From Marsupella aquatica (Eukaryota; Plantae; Marchantiophyta), in the NCBI GenBank assembly GCA_973895155.1, contig OZ316898.1:10622286-10686285 (forward strand): DNA of 64,000 bases, in the 5' to 3' direction. The position numbers were made by a program, and so were the translations under genes. Every line of letters starts with the position of its first letter. Positions within the stretch are counted from its first letter, which is position 1. The notes under the pieces were generated by a model. That model was not told the DNA's origin. It did no database searches and saw only the letters and a list, made by a program, of their open reading frames with translations. Below, in pieces: positions 13,045 through 26,405 of the stretch.

Positions 13045-13747
13045 TGCGACTGGGGTGAGATTTTCTGCTAAGGTGGTGAGGAAACTGATGAGATATTTGA
13101 ACCCGGAACAGTACGAGCCAACGGATGTTGCTGTACTTGTGAGGCAATTTCTTCGCTTCAATCAGGTCCGAGTGATCACAAGTGCTGCTCGAAAGAATTC
13201 AGGGCTTCAGAACCACATGCCATCCTCTCTCCATCATTGAAGTATGCAGAGCCTCTAATTCTACCACCGTCCCAGCGACGAAATGTGACAAAACAACCTA
13301 CTTGTTATCGCCCAAACAGCTCCGCTGCCATTCTCCTTGAAAGGTTGTGACCTGAAAGAAAGGAGATAGACAAGGGTTTTACCTCTTCAACAATCCCAGA
13401 TACACGGAAGTAATACCAAAGGGAGAAGGAAATTGTGCGAATACACATATTGATAACCAACAATTGACATCGTCAACAGCAAGTTTGCGCTTCCCAAGCA
13501 TGCAAGTAAGTAGAATCTCGAGCCGCGGTAATTGAGAATGCAGTTAAACAGTCCAGGGTTTAGGATAACCACTTGACGTACTCGTGAACATGAAGTGCAG
13601 GTTCGATGCTAGTACTGCTTCAACGCGCTTAGAAGTCAGTCCGAGAGCATCTTAGGAATCCGATCGCCGAAGTACACCTCCTTACGATGAATTTGGATAA
13701 TGGACGACGCAGTAGACACAACGCCGAACGTTTCTCTTCAGCTAGTC

Positions 13748-13955
13748 CCTAAACCCTAAACCTGTCCGGAGATTGAAGTCAAGAAATGGATCGCAATTGG
13801 TGCATATAACGATATGCTTGTGTCAACCCTAAACCTTATCCTAACTCACAGATTGAAGCTAAGAATGGATAGCACTAGGTCCATCGAATGATTGTGTAAA
13901 CTCTAAACCTCATCCTGTCTCGGAGATTGAAGTCAAGAATGGACCACAGTTGGTC
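13748..13955. repeat. Diverged tandem repeat, 3 x ~75 bp, each unit starting with a telomere-like (c)cctaaacc motif
   Basis: Units share ctaaacc...agattgaag..aagaa(a)tgga. Confidence 0.75.
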
Positions 13956-16655
13956 TCTCTGTGTACATTCAAGCAAATTGTGGGGTGTGAATGCAGTTCT
14001 CACCAACAGCGCCAAAGATCATAATTAACAAGATCCACCCAAGAACAGCGAGAGTATTCGCAATATCGGAACTGCGGCGGACGGGCGATTTCAACGTTTT
14101 GAACTTGCATTACGCTGAGAAATGATGAGAATGTTCGCACACGCTTTACTTCACTGAAAGGGAAACATGTAGTTGACAAGTAAAGAGGCTAGACAAGATA
14201 CTTGCTCTACAATCAACTCCAGAGAGATATGGCGCTCTCGCCTGGACCAAATCTTGATCATCCACTCGGAGGAGTCGAGATCAGTGGCTAATCAACACGG
14301 AATCTGAGAGACTATCGTCGTTACGATCACCCGCTTGTGAGTGTCGAGATCAGAATCAAAAGCCTATACTAATCAACTAATACCATATCACTGTCGACGT
14401 AGACAGCAAAAGAAGAAGGCAGAAGCAGACAGCAACTGACAGGTTGTGAACGCTCCACAAACCACGCTCCACTAACCATCGGGCACAGCTTCCTCGAGAT
14501 GCGGCGAGAGGGTATAGAGCCGCATCTCCGCCGATGAACCCTGACAGAAACTGGACCAGAGCTAAGTTTAGAAACTAGTTTGGCAGAATGATGGCGCCAA
14601 GAAGCGAAACGCTCAGAGTCTTTTGTACTCTTGTATTTTGTATCGTTAGACCGTATGTGGCATTCTCCTGCGAGCGGCATTCACTTCCTCACGAGCAGTC
14701 GAGCAGAGTATTTTCGTGTGGTCCCGCTCTGCAATTAATTGCAACCAGCAAATGTCCTGGCAAACGGGAATTTTCCTACACTTCCTCGGGGAGACAAATG
14801 CTGCATTTGGGGAATTGCTCTGTGCTAAATTCCCCGTCAATATGCAGGGATAGAACGCTCCCTGTGTTTCCACTTTGCACTACAGCGAATCCCGGGAAAA
14901 ATGATTCTTGCGCAGAGCTGGAAGGACCAAAGGGCCTAGCACCCCACTCAACTGCATTTGTCGTCAATTTCCGTAGCAAGTGATGCAGATAACGTCGCAA
15001 AAGGAGTTTGACACTTTGACACTTAACACATCTCCAGAGGAATTACATAGCCCATCGTCTGATCGTTCAAATTGCTGCTACTGGCTAAGATTCCAGTCAT
15101 TCCTAGTCGTTTACAGTAAGATTCCACGCTATGCTCAATGTCGGGTGAACTAACTCCTCAGCCATGGCTACGCTAGACTGCCAGCTAAGAAATTTGAGTT
15201 GATTGTGTCCCGCATCGTTAAGTCAGCCATCTTACCACATCGTCTGGAGGGGTTGTAACGTCAGGCCTGTAGGCAGAAAAGATCCCGTCCAGAGTCAGCT
15301 AATGCTTGTGGATCGAATTCTGTCTCCATCGTCGGCCACAGCTGTGTAATTGTGAAAATTCTATCTAAATTCGGGTCTGAAAGTTCCTCTTCAGCGTAAA
15401 CAAAACACCGCGCCGTAGCACTGCGCAGACAGCCTTAAATTCTACAACTCCATTCTTCGTTCAACAATCTGGTCTACTCGAATTTCTTCTAAATCATTTC
15501 AAGTCATGCCTCAACCTGTAGCCCGGCACTTTGCATCGGCATATCAATCAATCCCTGTGCTCTCCGGTCTTGCACAATTACAGATCTTTGGCTTTCATTG
15601 TTGCAAGTCTTAATCAGGATGATCTCTTGCCCAATCGAAATCCTGCAGTAATTTGTTCACTGAAAGTGTCACTGACGACATTGTAGTTTTAACGGAGGAG
15701 ATGACGAAGGCATGTAAAGTGCCACAAACTTTTACGGACAGCGTACAAATTTACTTAGATTTTCAAAAAGAATTCTCTGTTCGGCAACCGATACAGCGAG
15801 AACGATGGGCAGAAGTATGTCGGGCAACAGTCAGAAGACTGTGTGACTATTTTCACTGGCAATTTGATCTTCACAATGGCTCGTAATCGACGTCATGGCA
15901 CGTTCTGTCCCCGCGAACTCTGGGAAGGAATCGAGGCAATGTAAAGTGGAATTTCCCTCAAATTGAGAACTTCTTTGCTTTTGCTTGTTATCCGCTATGA
16001 AATTCAAGGCCATCACTAAAGTTGGCTCGAGTAATTGTCCCCAAAGGACCCAGACATGGCAATGTCAGATCTGATTCTTTCTTTGCATCCTCACACACTT
16101 GTACAGGGATACAAGCCCACACCCTGCTTGATCCTCGTGTACTTCCCGCCGGTCCCTTGAGGAGGTCATAACTTATCAAACTGGGCCCACAAGTGTAGAG
16201 CAGATCCTTCTTTTAAGATGGAAGTTTTCCTAATGTCGAAGATGATGGTACATGTGTCAATTCTGGCTTATTCTTCATTTTGGAGAACAGTTCTTTCGCC
16301 TCAAACATCGGTTCTTTGTGTTCACTGTAGTACTAGAGTCCCCATTTCACGCAAGATAAGAACTGGCACTCAAGATGCAGCACTGAAACATGCCGCTGTG
16401 ACACTGACTGTCTTTTGAATGCATGCGGCTGACAGACGCCAGCTTCTTTCGTGCCCTCTGTACTAATTGAAAATTAGAAAGCTCTGGAATCAATTGATTC
16501 GTTCATCTAGCGGCATAATTTCTTTGACCTGATTGCCCAGTCCATTGACACCAAGAACGTCAACCATCAAAATAATGACGAAAATAATTGTGACGCTGGG
16601 ACGAAGGCCGGACATTTGCAAGAGGAAAGTTCATCAAATTCCCCTTCGTCACCAT

Positions 16656-16727
16656 GTTCCACACTACATTCCGGTCATCGAAAGAATTGTGGTTCCACAC
16701 TACATTCCGGTCATCGAAAGAATTGTG
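16656..16727. repeat. Perfect tandem duplication, 2 x 36 bp
   Basis: gttccacactacattccggtcatcgaaagaattgtg occurs twice. Confidence 0.9.
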
Positions 16728-17654
16728 GGACTGTCGATGGAACTACTAAACAGATTTCCCCATTTCAAACACGATAAGGACTAGTGCACCATTGAATCAC
16801 ATCATGCACTTAAATACACATAAAACTGCCATGCAAAACCCTTACCCTGGCTTTTGAATTGCCAATTTTACTTTTGTGTCCTGCGCTAATAAAATACTGG
16901 AAAACGCTGAAATTTAATTTTTTCGTTCATCCAACTCCAAGCTCACTCATCTGATTGCCCAGTCGAATTTCATCCCCGTCGTCATCATCTTCCACACTCC
17001 ATTGCATTGTTGGAGCAAGCTCAGACAAGGTGCATCAGCTCGATGTGACTAGGCATCATCCCACCTGGCAGCCATGAAAGGGCTCAAATTCGCAGTACTG
17101 CTATACCTGCAGTAAAGACACTTTGTCAAGAAACCTTAGAGAACTTGTTAGGCTCAAGGATGGTGGACCCATCTAGACCTATGAAGCTCATGACTTCCAT
17201 AGCTCCAGTGTAGAGCAGCCAAACGATAAAACCTACAAAGTCCAAACCACGAGGCGCACCACATGACCGCCAAATGAGCAGAATGATGTCCACTAGAAGA
17301 AGGAAATCAGCCACGTCCGAGCTCATCTTCGCCAGCCGGCAAATAGAGTCACGCCTATACTACTACTATTCCACAATCTAATGTAGGGTCCTGCACATTG
17401 GTGAGCAAGAAAAAGGAGATGTTACAAACATTTATTTCCATGGAGTCCAGTCACTCGAGCGAGCATGCAAAAGTTGGGACTCAGATGCCAAAATGATGAC
17501 TCCTTCCAGCTTACTCCTCCCTTTCTAGACGCACATTGGTCATCATTAAACAATCATTCCCTCGTTCTATACTATAATTCGCGATGCAGGTCATCTATAC
17601 TAGTATTTGCAATCGAGCACATAGGCCATAATTTTCTATGCAAGTAACAAGAAA

Positions 17655-17980
17655 ACTATGTTTGTGAATAGGAACAGGTATGGAGAGTCTGGGTACACAG
17701 GGAGCCAGCTTCCATTCATGACCTACTTCAAACAAGAAGCACTGGGCAGTGATTTCTCTGATAACCCAAAAAATAAATAAAAATCTTCAGACTATGCTTG
17801 TGAATAGGCATGGGGAGTCTGGGTACGGGAGCCTCTCCTGTGCATACCCCACCAGTATTCTCCAAACAAGGAAGCAATGGGCAGTTATTTCTCTGATAAC
17901 AAAAAAAAATGATCTTGGGACTATGCTTGTGAATAGGCATGGGGAGTGTGGGTATGGGGAGCCTTTCATGTGCATACCAC
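17655..17980. repeat. Tandem repeat, ~2.5 x ~130 bp
   Basis: actatg.ttgtgaatagg...ggagt.tgggta occurs at ~17655, 17791 and 17920. Confidence 0.85.
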
Positions 17981-20260
17981 ATGAGTATTCAGGTTAGTAG
18001 GGTTAGCAGTGAGAGGTACGCATATTCCATAGTTGAGAGGTTTATTGATTACAACTTTGCCTGATCCGACTAAACCCTAAAATCTTTCCACCGGATCCCC
18101 GGGTAGTATTGCTAAATGGAAAAACAGGTAGGGCAATTAGCTGCTTGGTTAATAGCTTTTACCCTGGACAACTTCTCACTCCACACCCTTGCTGTGTCTC
18201 TTTACTCTAACATGGAAGTGTTGGAAATGAGAGGCACAGTTGTCTCCATTGCAAAAAGTTGCCAAAATTCACCTCCATAAGAATCATTTGTCTCTTTTGG
18301 CTAAAATTTTGCCACTTTTCTGAATCTCAATTGCCACTTTCCCACCAGACCATAGCCAGAGTCCGGGCCAGAGTCTGATGGTTCTCCTTAATCTAGTGAG
18401 ATCTAACTGTCGGAAATACATATAGAAAATTGACATCCTAGCATCACCTGGCTAACAGCTTGTAGTATTTGCCACAATGGCAAATTTTAGAATTCCCTAA
18501 AGATAATCCTGATGGGAAGGCTAGAGTGGTACAAAGCTACCATTATGCAGGGCAGGGACTTGATGATTTGTGTAAGTGTTATCCAGAGTATCAAAGTAGC
18601 AAGTAGTGGCTAAAGTGCTATTGGGTTAATGATGTTCAGTTGTAAAGACACAGTTTCATGAGAACCTTTCATTTACTAATGTCTAGAGTTAGTGGAAATT
18701 TTGCACTTAGATTACTGAAATTTTTAAATCTCAAGCTTATTCATTTGATAAAAATGCCCACTGCAGATTTTGTTCAAGAGTATTTATTCCTTACCTTATG
18801 CCTGAAGTGAGATTTACTACATTGACATCTTTTTGTCAGATTAAATGCTTTGCCACTCTTTCTAATTTACTTATTATATATGCCCCCATTATTGGTTAAG
18901 CATTTGAAGTAAGTTGTTACTCTGGAATTACTAAGCAATGATGGGGGAGTGCTTTCTCCTGATGGTTGAATGTTGACCATTGGATTCTTTCAAGTTAATT
19001 AGAATTACTTTACTTAACTAACAGTGAAAAAATAACAAAACAATAATTGAACTAAAGAGAGTGGCAAAATATATAATTCAACAAATACAAGTCACAACAT
19101 ATCTAACTAATAAATCGTAATCAAAAGTCACTCCGTGGGCCTAGTGTCTAGAGTGAACACTCTAGACTGTGACTCTAACTCAGGGCATAATTAGTTCAAG
19201 GACCCCTCAATTATGCACGCGTGTTTTATTAAACTATTTGGAACCATGAAGAGTTGCACATTTGAATAGATAGATGAGAGTACAAAGATTAAATGAAGAA
19301 TTCTGAATAAAGTGAATTTTAAAGGTAATTAGGACTATTTCCTTGAAGACAAATAGGAGTGCAATCATGCTAAATAGTGAGGGTAATTCTCTATGCAAAA
19401 TGTTTCCCTTAGTATTTCTATCATGCCTATGCAATACATATAACATTCCATATAGTTCTTGCAAATATTACTTTGTCCATAGTAGTTGATGGGTCATAGA
19501 GTCCTTTGGTATTCTTCTTCCCATAATAGTTAATATAGTGTTTCTTCTCTTTGCTTGTTACTCCTCTATCCATAGTAGCCAAAGAGTTTATTAAGTTATC
19601 TTGGTAGATGTTAAAGAAGTTTAAAAGTTTCTTGAGTTGGATTTCTTATGTTAACTTGGTAAATGTTAGAGTAGTTGAATAGTTTCTTTTTACTTGTCAT
19701 TATTTTCAAAAATATTTAAATTAAATAGAAAATTGAAACAAATTACCAGAAATTTAGAATCACAACTCATCCAAATATTATTTTCTTCCAACTCTATTTT
19801 TCTTACTCTTTTCTTTGTTTACTTGAAATGTTACTTTCAGTTTTCATTGTTTCTAGAGTTATAATGTCTGTTACTTTTCAGTTTCATTGTTTTTAGAGTT
19901 ATAATGTCTGACTTTTTTTCTTTGCCTTGTCTCAAACACAAATAGTTAACTTTGGTTCTACTTGCACAATGAATGATTCTTGTTTTTGACAAATCATGCT
20001 AATGTGGCTACACTTACATCCAGGAATTTTGGAATAGTCATATGGAATCCTTTTATTTGCCATTGTTTTGATCTTGATCTCTATTTATTTTGAGTAACGA
20101 GCTACTTAAATTTGATCTTATCTCAGAATGCCATCATAATCCATGGCATTTACACTAGTTGGCAACAAACAAAGGACTCCCTTTGCACATTTTCCTTGTG
20201 TTAGTAGTCTCGTCAAACTGTCAGCAATGTGAGAGGTCATGCAATTTTTTGGGGTCTGTT

Positions 20261-20801
20261 CGAAACCCCGCGGAGGCACGTATGTCGTCTGTAGGGCCCA
20301 TTAATTAAATAATATCGTAAGTCGAAGCCCTGGGGCTGCATGTATGTCCTCTGTAGGGCCCATTAATCAAATAAAATGTCTATCGAAACCCTGGGGAGGC
20401 ACGTATGTATTCTGTGGGGCCCTTAAGATAAAATAAAAATAAACAAATACAGTAGAATTTAAGCGTTTCAGTACGAGCATATTCTGGAGGATCGATAAAG
20501 GAGGATCCATTCCTAGCCTTTGGCGCAAAGGACGGGCATGTCGGTGGCAAGACAGTGACTGCATTTGTGATTGCCAATAGTACAATTAAATTTTCCAACG
20601 AGCAGAGTGGGGGTGCACATTCTCTCACATAAAGTGCCAATTTGCCCCATTTCTTTCCACCTCCCTTCTAATGGAGCTTGTGATTGCCAATAGTACAATT
20701 AATATTTCCAACAATATTCCAACGAGCAGAGTGGGGGTGCACATTTTCTCACATTAAGTGCCAATTTGCCCCATTTCTTTCCACCTCCCTTCTAATGGAG
20801 C
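20261..20801. repeat. Cluster: 3 x ~62-bp repeat (20261-20430) and 2 x ~120-bp duplication (20567-20801)
   Basis: cgaa.ccc..gg..gca.gtatgt..tctgt.gggccc units, then tgtgattgccaatagtacaattaaat...ccttctaatggagct twice. Confidence 0.85.
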
Positions 20802-21743
20802 TATAAGGCTGGATATGATGCTCATCATAAATATTTTTCTCTGATAGTATTTCTAAGCCTCAGTGGGTTCAATGAAAATTTGTATTTTAATAGGATGATG
20901 TACAGGTAAAACTACTTTACTTTCACACAGAACACAAAAACAGGATTGCAAAGTTTAGCGTTTAGTCTTTCAAGTATCTTGACCCTCTAAATGATCATCA
21001 GCTCCAGTTTTAAGAACTCTGTCTTCCCCAAACACCCCAAACACAACAACATTTGGATAGTGGATCATGTGACATCTTAGTTGAGTTTGGACTACCTGTT
21101 TTCATTTTTTGTACTCGCATGACATTGTGCTTGAAAATGTGCCTTGTGTTCAGATATTTGTGCTTTCATACAGTACATGAATTTTGTATCTTTGGTGCTC
21201 ATCGTAGAGCAGTTTAGGGTCAAAAGTTAAAACAGGCCCCAAAAATTTCCATTTTCAACGCCATGACCTGCATTTGGGGGAAGATGGGCAGTCATATCTG
21301 CCTTAGTGACAAAAAATTTGAAACTAACTTTAGCTAGGAGAAAGGCCAATGCATTTGGGGGAAGACGGGTAGTCATATCTGCCTTACTAGATTTCGAAAT
21401 TAATTTTAGCTGGGAGAAGGCCTATAGCACCTCTTGAAGTGATGACTTCAGAGAATTTCCATGTCCTTGGGCTTTGGCTTTGGGACTGGGAACTTGGGAA
21501 CATGGGGGGAGTTGGGGTACTTGAAGAAGCCTGTCGAGTAATCTCTACAGCGCTCGTTGTCAGTGAGCTCGCAGTGCCAACAAAGCTAGGCTCATGAGCC
21601 TCGCTGGATAGTCTACTATCTACTATAGATGAGCAGCTGCAGCTAAGCTCTTCGTCATTTCCTCATTGAAGGAAACCAATATAGCAGAAGAACACAGAGA
21701 AAGAACTCAGAGGAGGAGCACGTCACTCGAAGATCGAAGAACG

Positions 21744-23437
21744 ATGGCAACCATGGCTATGACGGTGTGCAGAGCTGCGTTCCTCGCTCTAGCTATTGCC
21801 ACTCTATGCTCCCTGCCTGCCTTCGCCAAGGTCTGCCTCTGCCTCTCTCGTTTCTGCTGCTACCAATTTCTTCGTGTAGTTTGTGTTTGTTTGGATCCTG
21901 TCATTCCTTTCCCGTTTCTGTCTGGATGTTTAACGAGATTCGATTATCGTTTGTCACTGACTCAGTTGCAACCGTGTTACGCATCTCTCAGAAGACTGGC
22001 GGGATGTGTTTGGGTCGCTGTTCTGTTCAGTAAAGTCGATTTGTTGTGCTCTGTCCCTGGTCTTGTTGGAACGCATGCGATTTAGGACCTTGAGATGTCG
22101 CGAGAAGTGCCTCTTCAACGTAATTGAGCACAGCGGAATGAGCCTTGTTGAGGTGTGGTGCATAGCCGATGAATACGGAAAAGTAGGCGTAAAAACTGGA
22201 ATTGCCTCCATGCTCTGCGCCGTAGCAATCAGATTTTGATGATCGATGAATCGATTTGAAGCGTCATCTACAGGCTTTGAGCTTCAGCTTCAGCTTCGGC
22301 TCCCGATGCGTTCGAGCGCTACAAGCTTCGAGCACCAGATCCCGATGTCTTAGGACCGGAAGCTTTGAGCCTAATGCATCAGGCTTTTGTTGTTTATATC
22401 CTCTTCACTTGATCTCAAGCCTCGGTAAAGTCCTTCCGCTTTCTCTGGACTGATGATCGTTACGTCTCCCGAACGGAGGGAATGCATTTCATGCACTCCT
22501 CAATGCACCGGTGATGACTGAAGAGAATGCATAACATGAGCAGCTTTCTGTTGCGGAGATCACCAACAGTGCGTCCGAGCCCGCAGTCATGCGATCGATT
22601 GGCTAAGGCGCACGTGCAGTCACAATCGTAATGTCTGCCATGTGCTTTGAGAATTTGTAATCATGATTATGTTCTTTCTACATTTCGTCAAGTGTTAATC
22701 GACAGCACGAAGCCGAAGGTCCGGATGTTTACAGTACCGGCTTTGAAATCGTTGAAGCATGCGTACTCGTCGGAACGTAGAGGGGGACTTAGAGCTCAGG
22801 TTGCGAAGTTTGTACTGGCTCCATCACTTGATCGTAACACAATTCTTTTTAGTTTGACTGCCACCGAAAAGATCGCCTTGCTGGCCAATTCAATTCACAG
22901 CCTCGAAACTGTCAGCTGGAAGTTGGGAGTCGTGTGTAACGATTGTGTGGCAATTTTCCGTTTGCGCAGACCTCAGATTGCGTGTACAATGTGTACGTGC
23001 GAACCGGCAGCATATGGGGGTCAGGAACGGATTCAACCATCACCGTGGAGTTCTATGACGCAGATTACAACGCCATCTTGATCACCAACCTGACCGGGTG
23101 GGGAGGCAACCTGCAAGGCCAGGACAGAGACTACTTCGAGGCAGGCAATACCGACATTTTCAGCGGACTGGGCGATTGTCTCGAGAACCCCATTTGCGGG
23201 ATAACTCTGACGTCGGACGGATCGGGCGATCATCATGGCTGGAACGTGGACTATGTGCAGGTGACCTTCACTGGCCCCCACTTGCCTTGCTATCAGAAGG
23301 AGTTCGATGTGAGTCGATGGATCGCAACCGACCAATATCCGTTCTCTCTGGTTTACGATAGTGATGGATGCGACGTCCAGAGCAAGAAGGGTAGCAAACA
23401 GCGTGGCAATCACCATAATCAGCTAGGTAGATTATGA
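21744..23437 (+). CDS. Secreted single PLAT/LH2-domain protein (plant PLAT1/PLAT2-like), 184 aa. Exons: 21744-21830, 22970-23437
   Basis: Exon 1 encodes a signal peptide (MATMAMTVCRAAFLALAIATLCSLPAFAK) and is followed by a GT-AG intron. Exon 2 reads DCVYNVYVRTGSIWGSGTDS...DYFEAGNTDIFSGLGDCL..PIC.ITLTSDGSGDHHGWNVDYVQVT..GPH.PC, the classic plant PLAT consensus. Confidence 0.95.
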
Positions 23438-24699
23438 GGATTTTATGGCTACCTTCAGTTTCCACCTTCTACGGTGCTGCTAGTCGAGCTGGAGAACTTA
23501 TCCACATAGCAAACTACTATAACGCGTTTTCTTCTGTACATCGGTAGTAAGCCATGACCTGAAAATTCAGCGCGCATGACGGGCATGAAGATACACTTAT
23601 GTCATATATAGAGACACTTTGAATGACAATTTGTGAAGGGGTTGGATAATCTGTTGTACTATATGGGTCATGGGACTTCGTTTTCTCTTAATAAGTATGT
23701 ATTTGGGATTTGGTATCTTTGCTTCTCAGGCATTGAGTGTCGTAATGTTGGCCTCGTTTTCAATTCATTTTGGGCTTCTACCAGACTTGCTCGGGTGAAT
23801 GTGATGTGCCCTCCACAGCTGGTTCCTTTCTCTGTGTGCCCGTCAGATCGGGTTGGTTTCGTTCTGTTCTTCATCAGTTCGGTACTGTGGTCTGCTTTGT
23901 GTCTCTGAAGTTAAATTTGAGCTCCAGTGATAACGCACAGTGAAGCACACGGCATCGACTACAGCAACACTTCGAGCGAGTTGGTCCATTTCTCTGTGCC
24001 TGCCATGCAGAGCCTCCGAGCACTGTCTAACTTGATGAACGGCTTTCCTCGAGAAAGATTCTGAAAGAGAGATGAGCTCTGTGGGGTTTGAGATAGAATC
24101 GGGAAAGCCGGTGCATCCCACCATGTGCCAGGTCCTTTTGTCAGTGATGGATAGCTGATGGGAATTACACCACCGACCAGTGGAGGCAAGGTCAATTTCC
24201 AATCCCATTCCCATCCATCTGTTCGACAGGCTTTAGCCGCAGAGGAGCTTGAATAGTTGAATGCCTTTTTTCATGAAAAGAGGAATCATGGGTGCTTACT
24301 GTCATAGTAATCATTGATTTTATCTTGTGAGTTGACAATGAATTGCACAGGTGTGACTAGATAAAGAACTTTAGATTGTGGCCTTGTCGGTTTCGGGTTT
24401 TCTAGCACGATTTCTGACACCCATCTATGAGCTTTCAATGAGCTGAGAACTGAGACGACACAATACTTGCTGCACCAGCTTGGAGTGAAATAACAGTATC
24501 ATTCTAGCATAGTGCTAATACAAACAGCGCCATCCGAAAAGGCTGCATAGAAGTTATTGCATTCTTCATTCAATCGTCAGTTCTTAGGGGAGAGCAATCA
24601 CTTATTTCTCTATACTTATAAATAACTATCTATTGCATTGTATTGTGCTACTAAGTGATACTTAGTGGGAGTGTTGTCAAGCATTAGTTAAGTAACAAG

Positions 24700-25420
24700 G
24701 CAATTGGACACTCTCCATAGTAACTAACATTGAGCTGAACATAAGTGAGGGTATCCTTTGGTCTTGGAAGGTAGTCTTTTGGCAGTACCAGCATGAGAGG
24801 TGACCCTCAGGCAATTGGTTTGTGCAAGTGGTGACTTAACCACCTACCACTTTCACAAATCCCAGTACTCTTGCCTACATACCTTGGGTGCCTGAATGTC
24901 TATGTGGAATTCCATGAGCAGGTAGTTTCGTGTTTTTATCATCGCTTTTGGGACCTCGCATGCAAAGTCGCACTTGCTCTTTAGCTTAACCATTGTTTAA
25001 TGGTCCATATGGTCTGCACAAGCACCCAAACCCATCGGTAAGTACCTCGTCATGATCTCAGATCCCAACATCATTGTGTTATCTCAATTTTAACAATCCT
25101 TAGTAAGGAGGTCAGTAGATAGAACCGTACCTCGTCATGATCTCAGATCCCAACATCATTGTGTTGTCTCAATTTTAACAATCCTTAGTAAGGAGGTCAG
25201 TAGATAGAACCTCTCAAAGCCTGCATGGTCTTGTTATAAGTTGAAGCTAAGGTTAACATCTACTCTTCGTCCCAATGAACACTCCTATAGGATAACACTT
25301 GAGTTTTCTCACTTTCTATCCACTTTCTATCCATTAGTGGTTGATCGTCTTGTCTCTTGGATATGTTCATGACCCAAATACTTAACTTGTCCTAAAGTTT
25401 GACCTGAACGTCGATATTAG
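24700..25420 (-). mobile_element. Highly decayed Ty3/Gypsy pol remnant
   Basis: Minus-strand QVKYLGH (25389-25369) followed by KVD, a VF.W.EE-like segment and VLTDG, in RT-RNaseH order. There are many stops. Confidence 0.45.
25042..25211. repeat. Tandem duplication, 2 x 85 bp
   Basis: gtacctcgtcatgatctcagatccc...gtagatagaacc occurs twice with one mismatch. Confidence 0.9.
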
Positions 25421-26081
25421 TGTGGTCTCGATTCTAGCAACCATCTTTAAGGCTCCAATTCAACTGAGAGACTAGGGGCAAAATGCACTTGGATCTTAAC
25501 ACTAATGTCTACTCTACAATGTCTTCCCAATGGAACTTCTTGTGAGAAATTGAATGCGACTTGGTTCTCATTTTTGTAAGATTTGACAAGGGGACAAGAT
25601 AGCCCCAATGAACCTAAAGAATCAAAGGCAACCCCAAACCTACCCGAGCTTAAAATGTATTCATCTCAAAGAGCTTTTGATGTACCCTAGAAATCATTTG
25701 ATAGACTTCTCATTAAAAAATTAATGTTATTTTTGTTTGATGTTTTCTTTAGTAAAGCAACCCTTGCGTTTCACAAGGTTCACCTTTGGTCCCCAAGGAG
25801 ACATCAATCTCCTCATATGTGTTTCTGGTGACCATCACCTGGACTAACTTTGGTCACTTCTATTTGGCCCTCAACTTGGACTCCAACATTATTGCATGGG
25901 CCCTCAAAACTCATCACCAGTCAAGGGTCTTGAATAGCCACACCTCAATCACGTTGTATTTTATGTGTCAAATGTTTGTTTCGCATGAATTAAATTAACT
26001 TTTTTGACCTTGGATCCAAGAGGAGCTTTCACTCAAGCCCTCAAAGTCCATTCAAGGGTCCAGATGGTCCACCTTGAGCTT

Positions 26082-26405
26082 GGCCCTTCCATTGACCCAA
26101 CCAACTCCCAACACCAATCTAAGTCATTTGTGTGCATCACCTGTTCATTGCTAATGCAATGTTTCATTGCCCACGAGTCCTCATACTTAGCTCCCATTGA
26201 ATGACCATTTTGGAGGCCTGGACCATAGAGGAGCTCAGCGGCTCAAGGCCCTTCCAGTGACCCAACCAACTCCCAACACCAATCTAAGTCCTTTGTGTGC
26301 ATCACCTGTTCATTGCTAATGCAATGTTTCATTGCCCATGTGTCCTCATACTTAGCTCCCATTGAATGACTATTTTGGAGGCCTGGACCATAGAGGAGCT
26401 CAGCG
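26082..26405. repeat. Tandem duplication, 2 x 165 bp
   Basis: ggcccttcca.tgacccaaccaactccc...gaggagctcagcg occurs twice. Confidence 0.9.

Noticed and set aside
13045-13161. 39-aa N-terminal extension of the 902-aa ORF
   Set aside because: It begins at a TTG. Family similarity starts at the ATG at 13044.
14369-15000. Apparent faint protein similarity to the 45642-46295 ORF (e.g. QFPK/QFPN, EWG/SWG)
   Set aside because: There are only a few scattered identities across different frames, indistinguishable from chance by eye.
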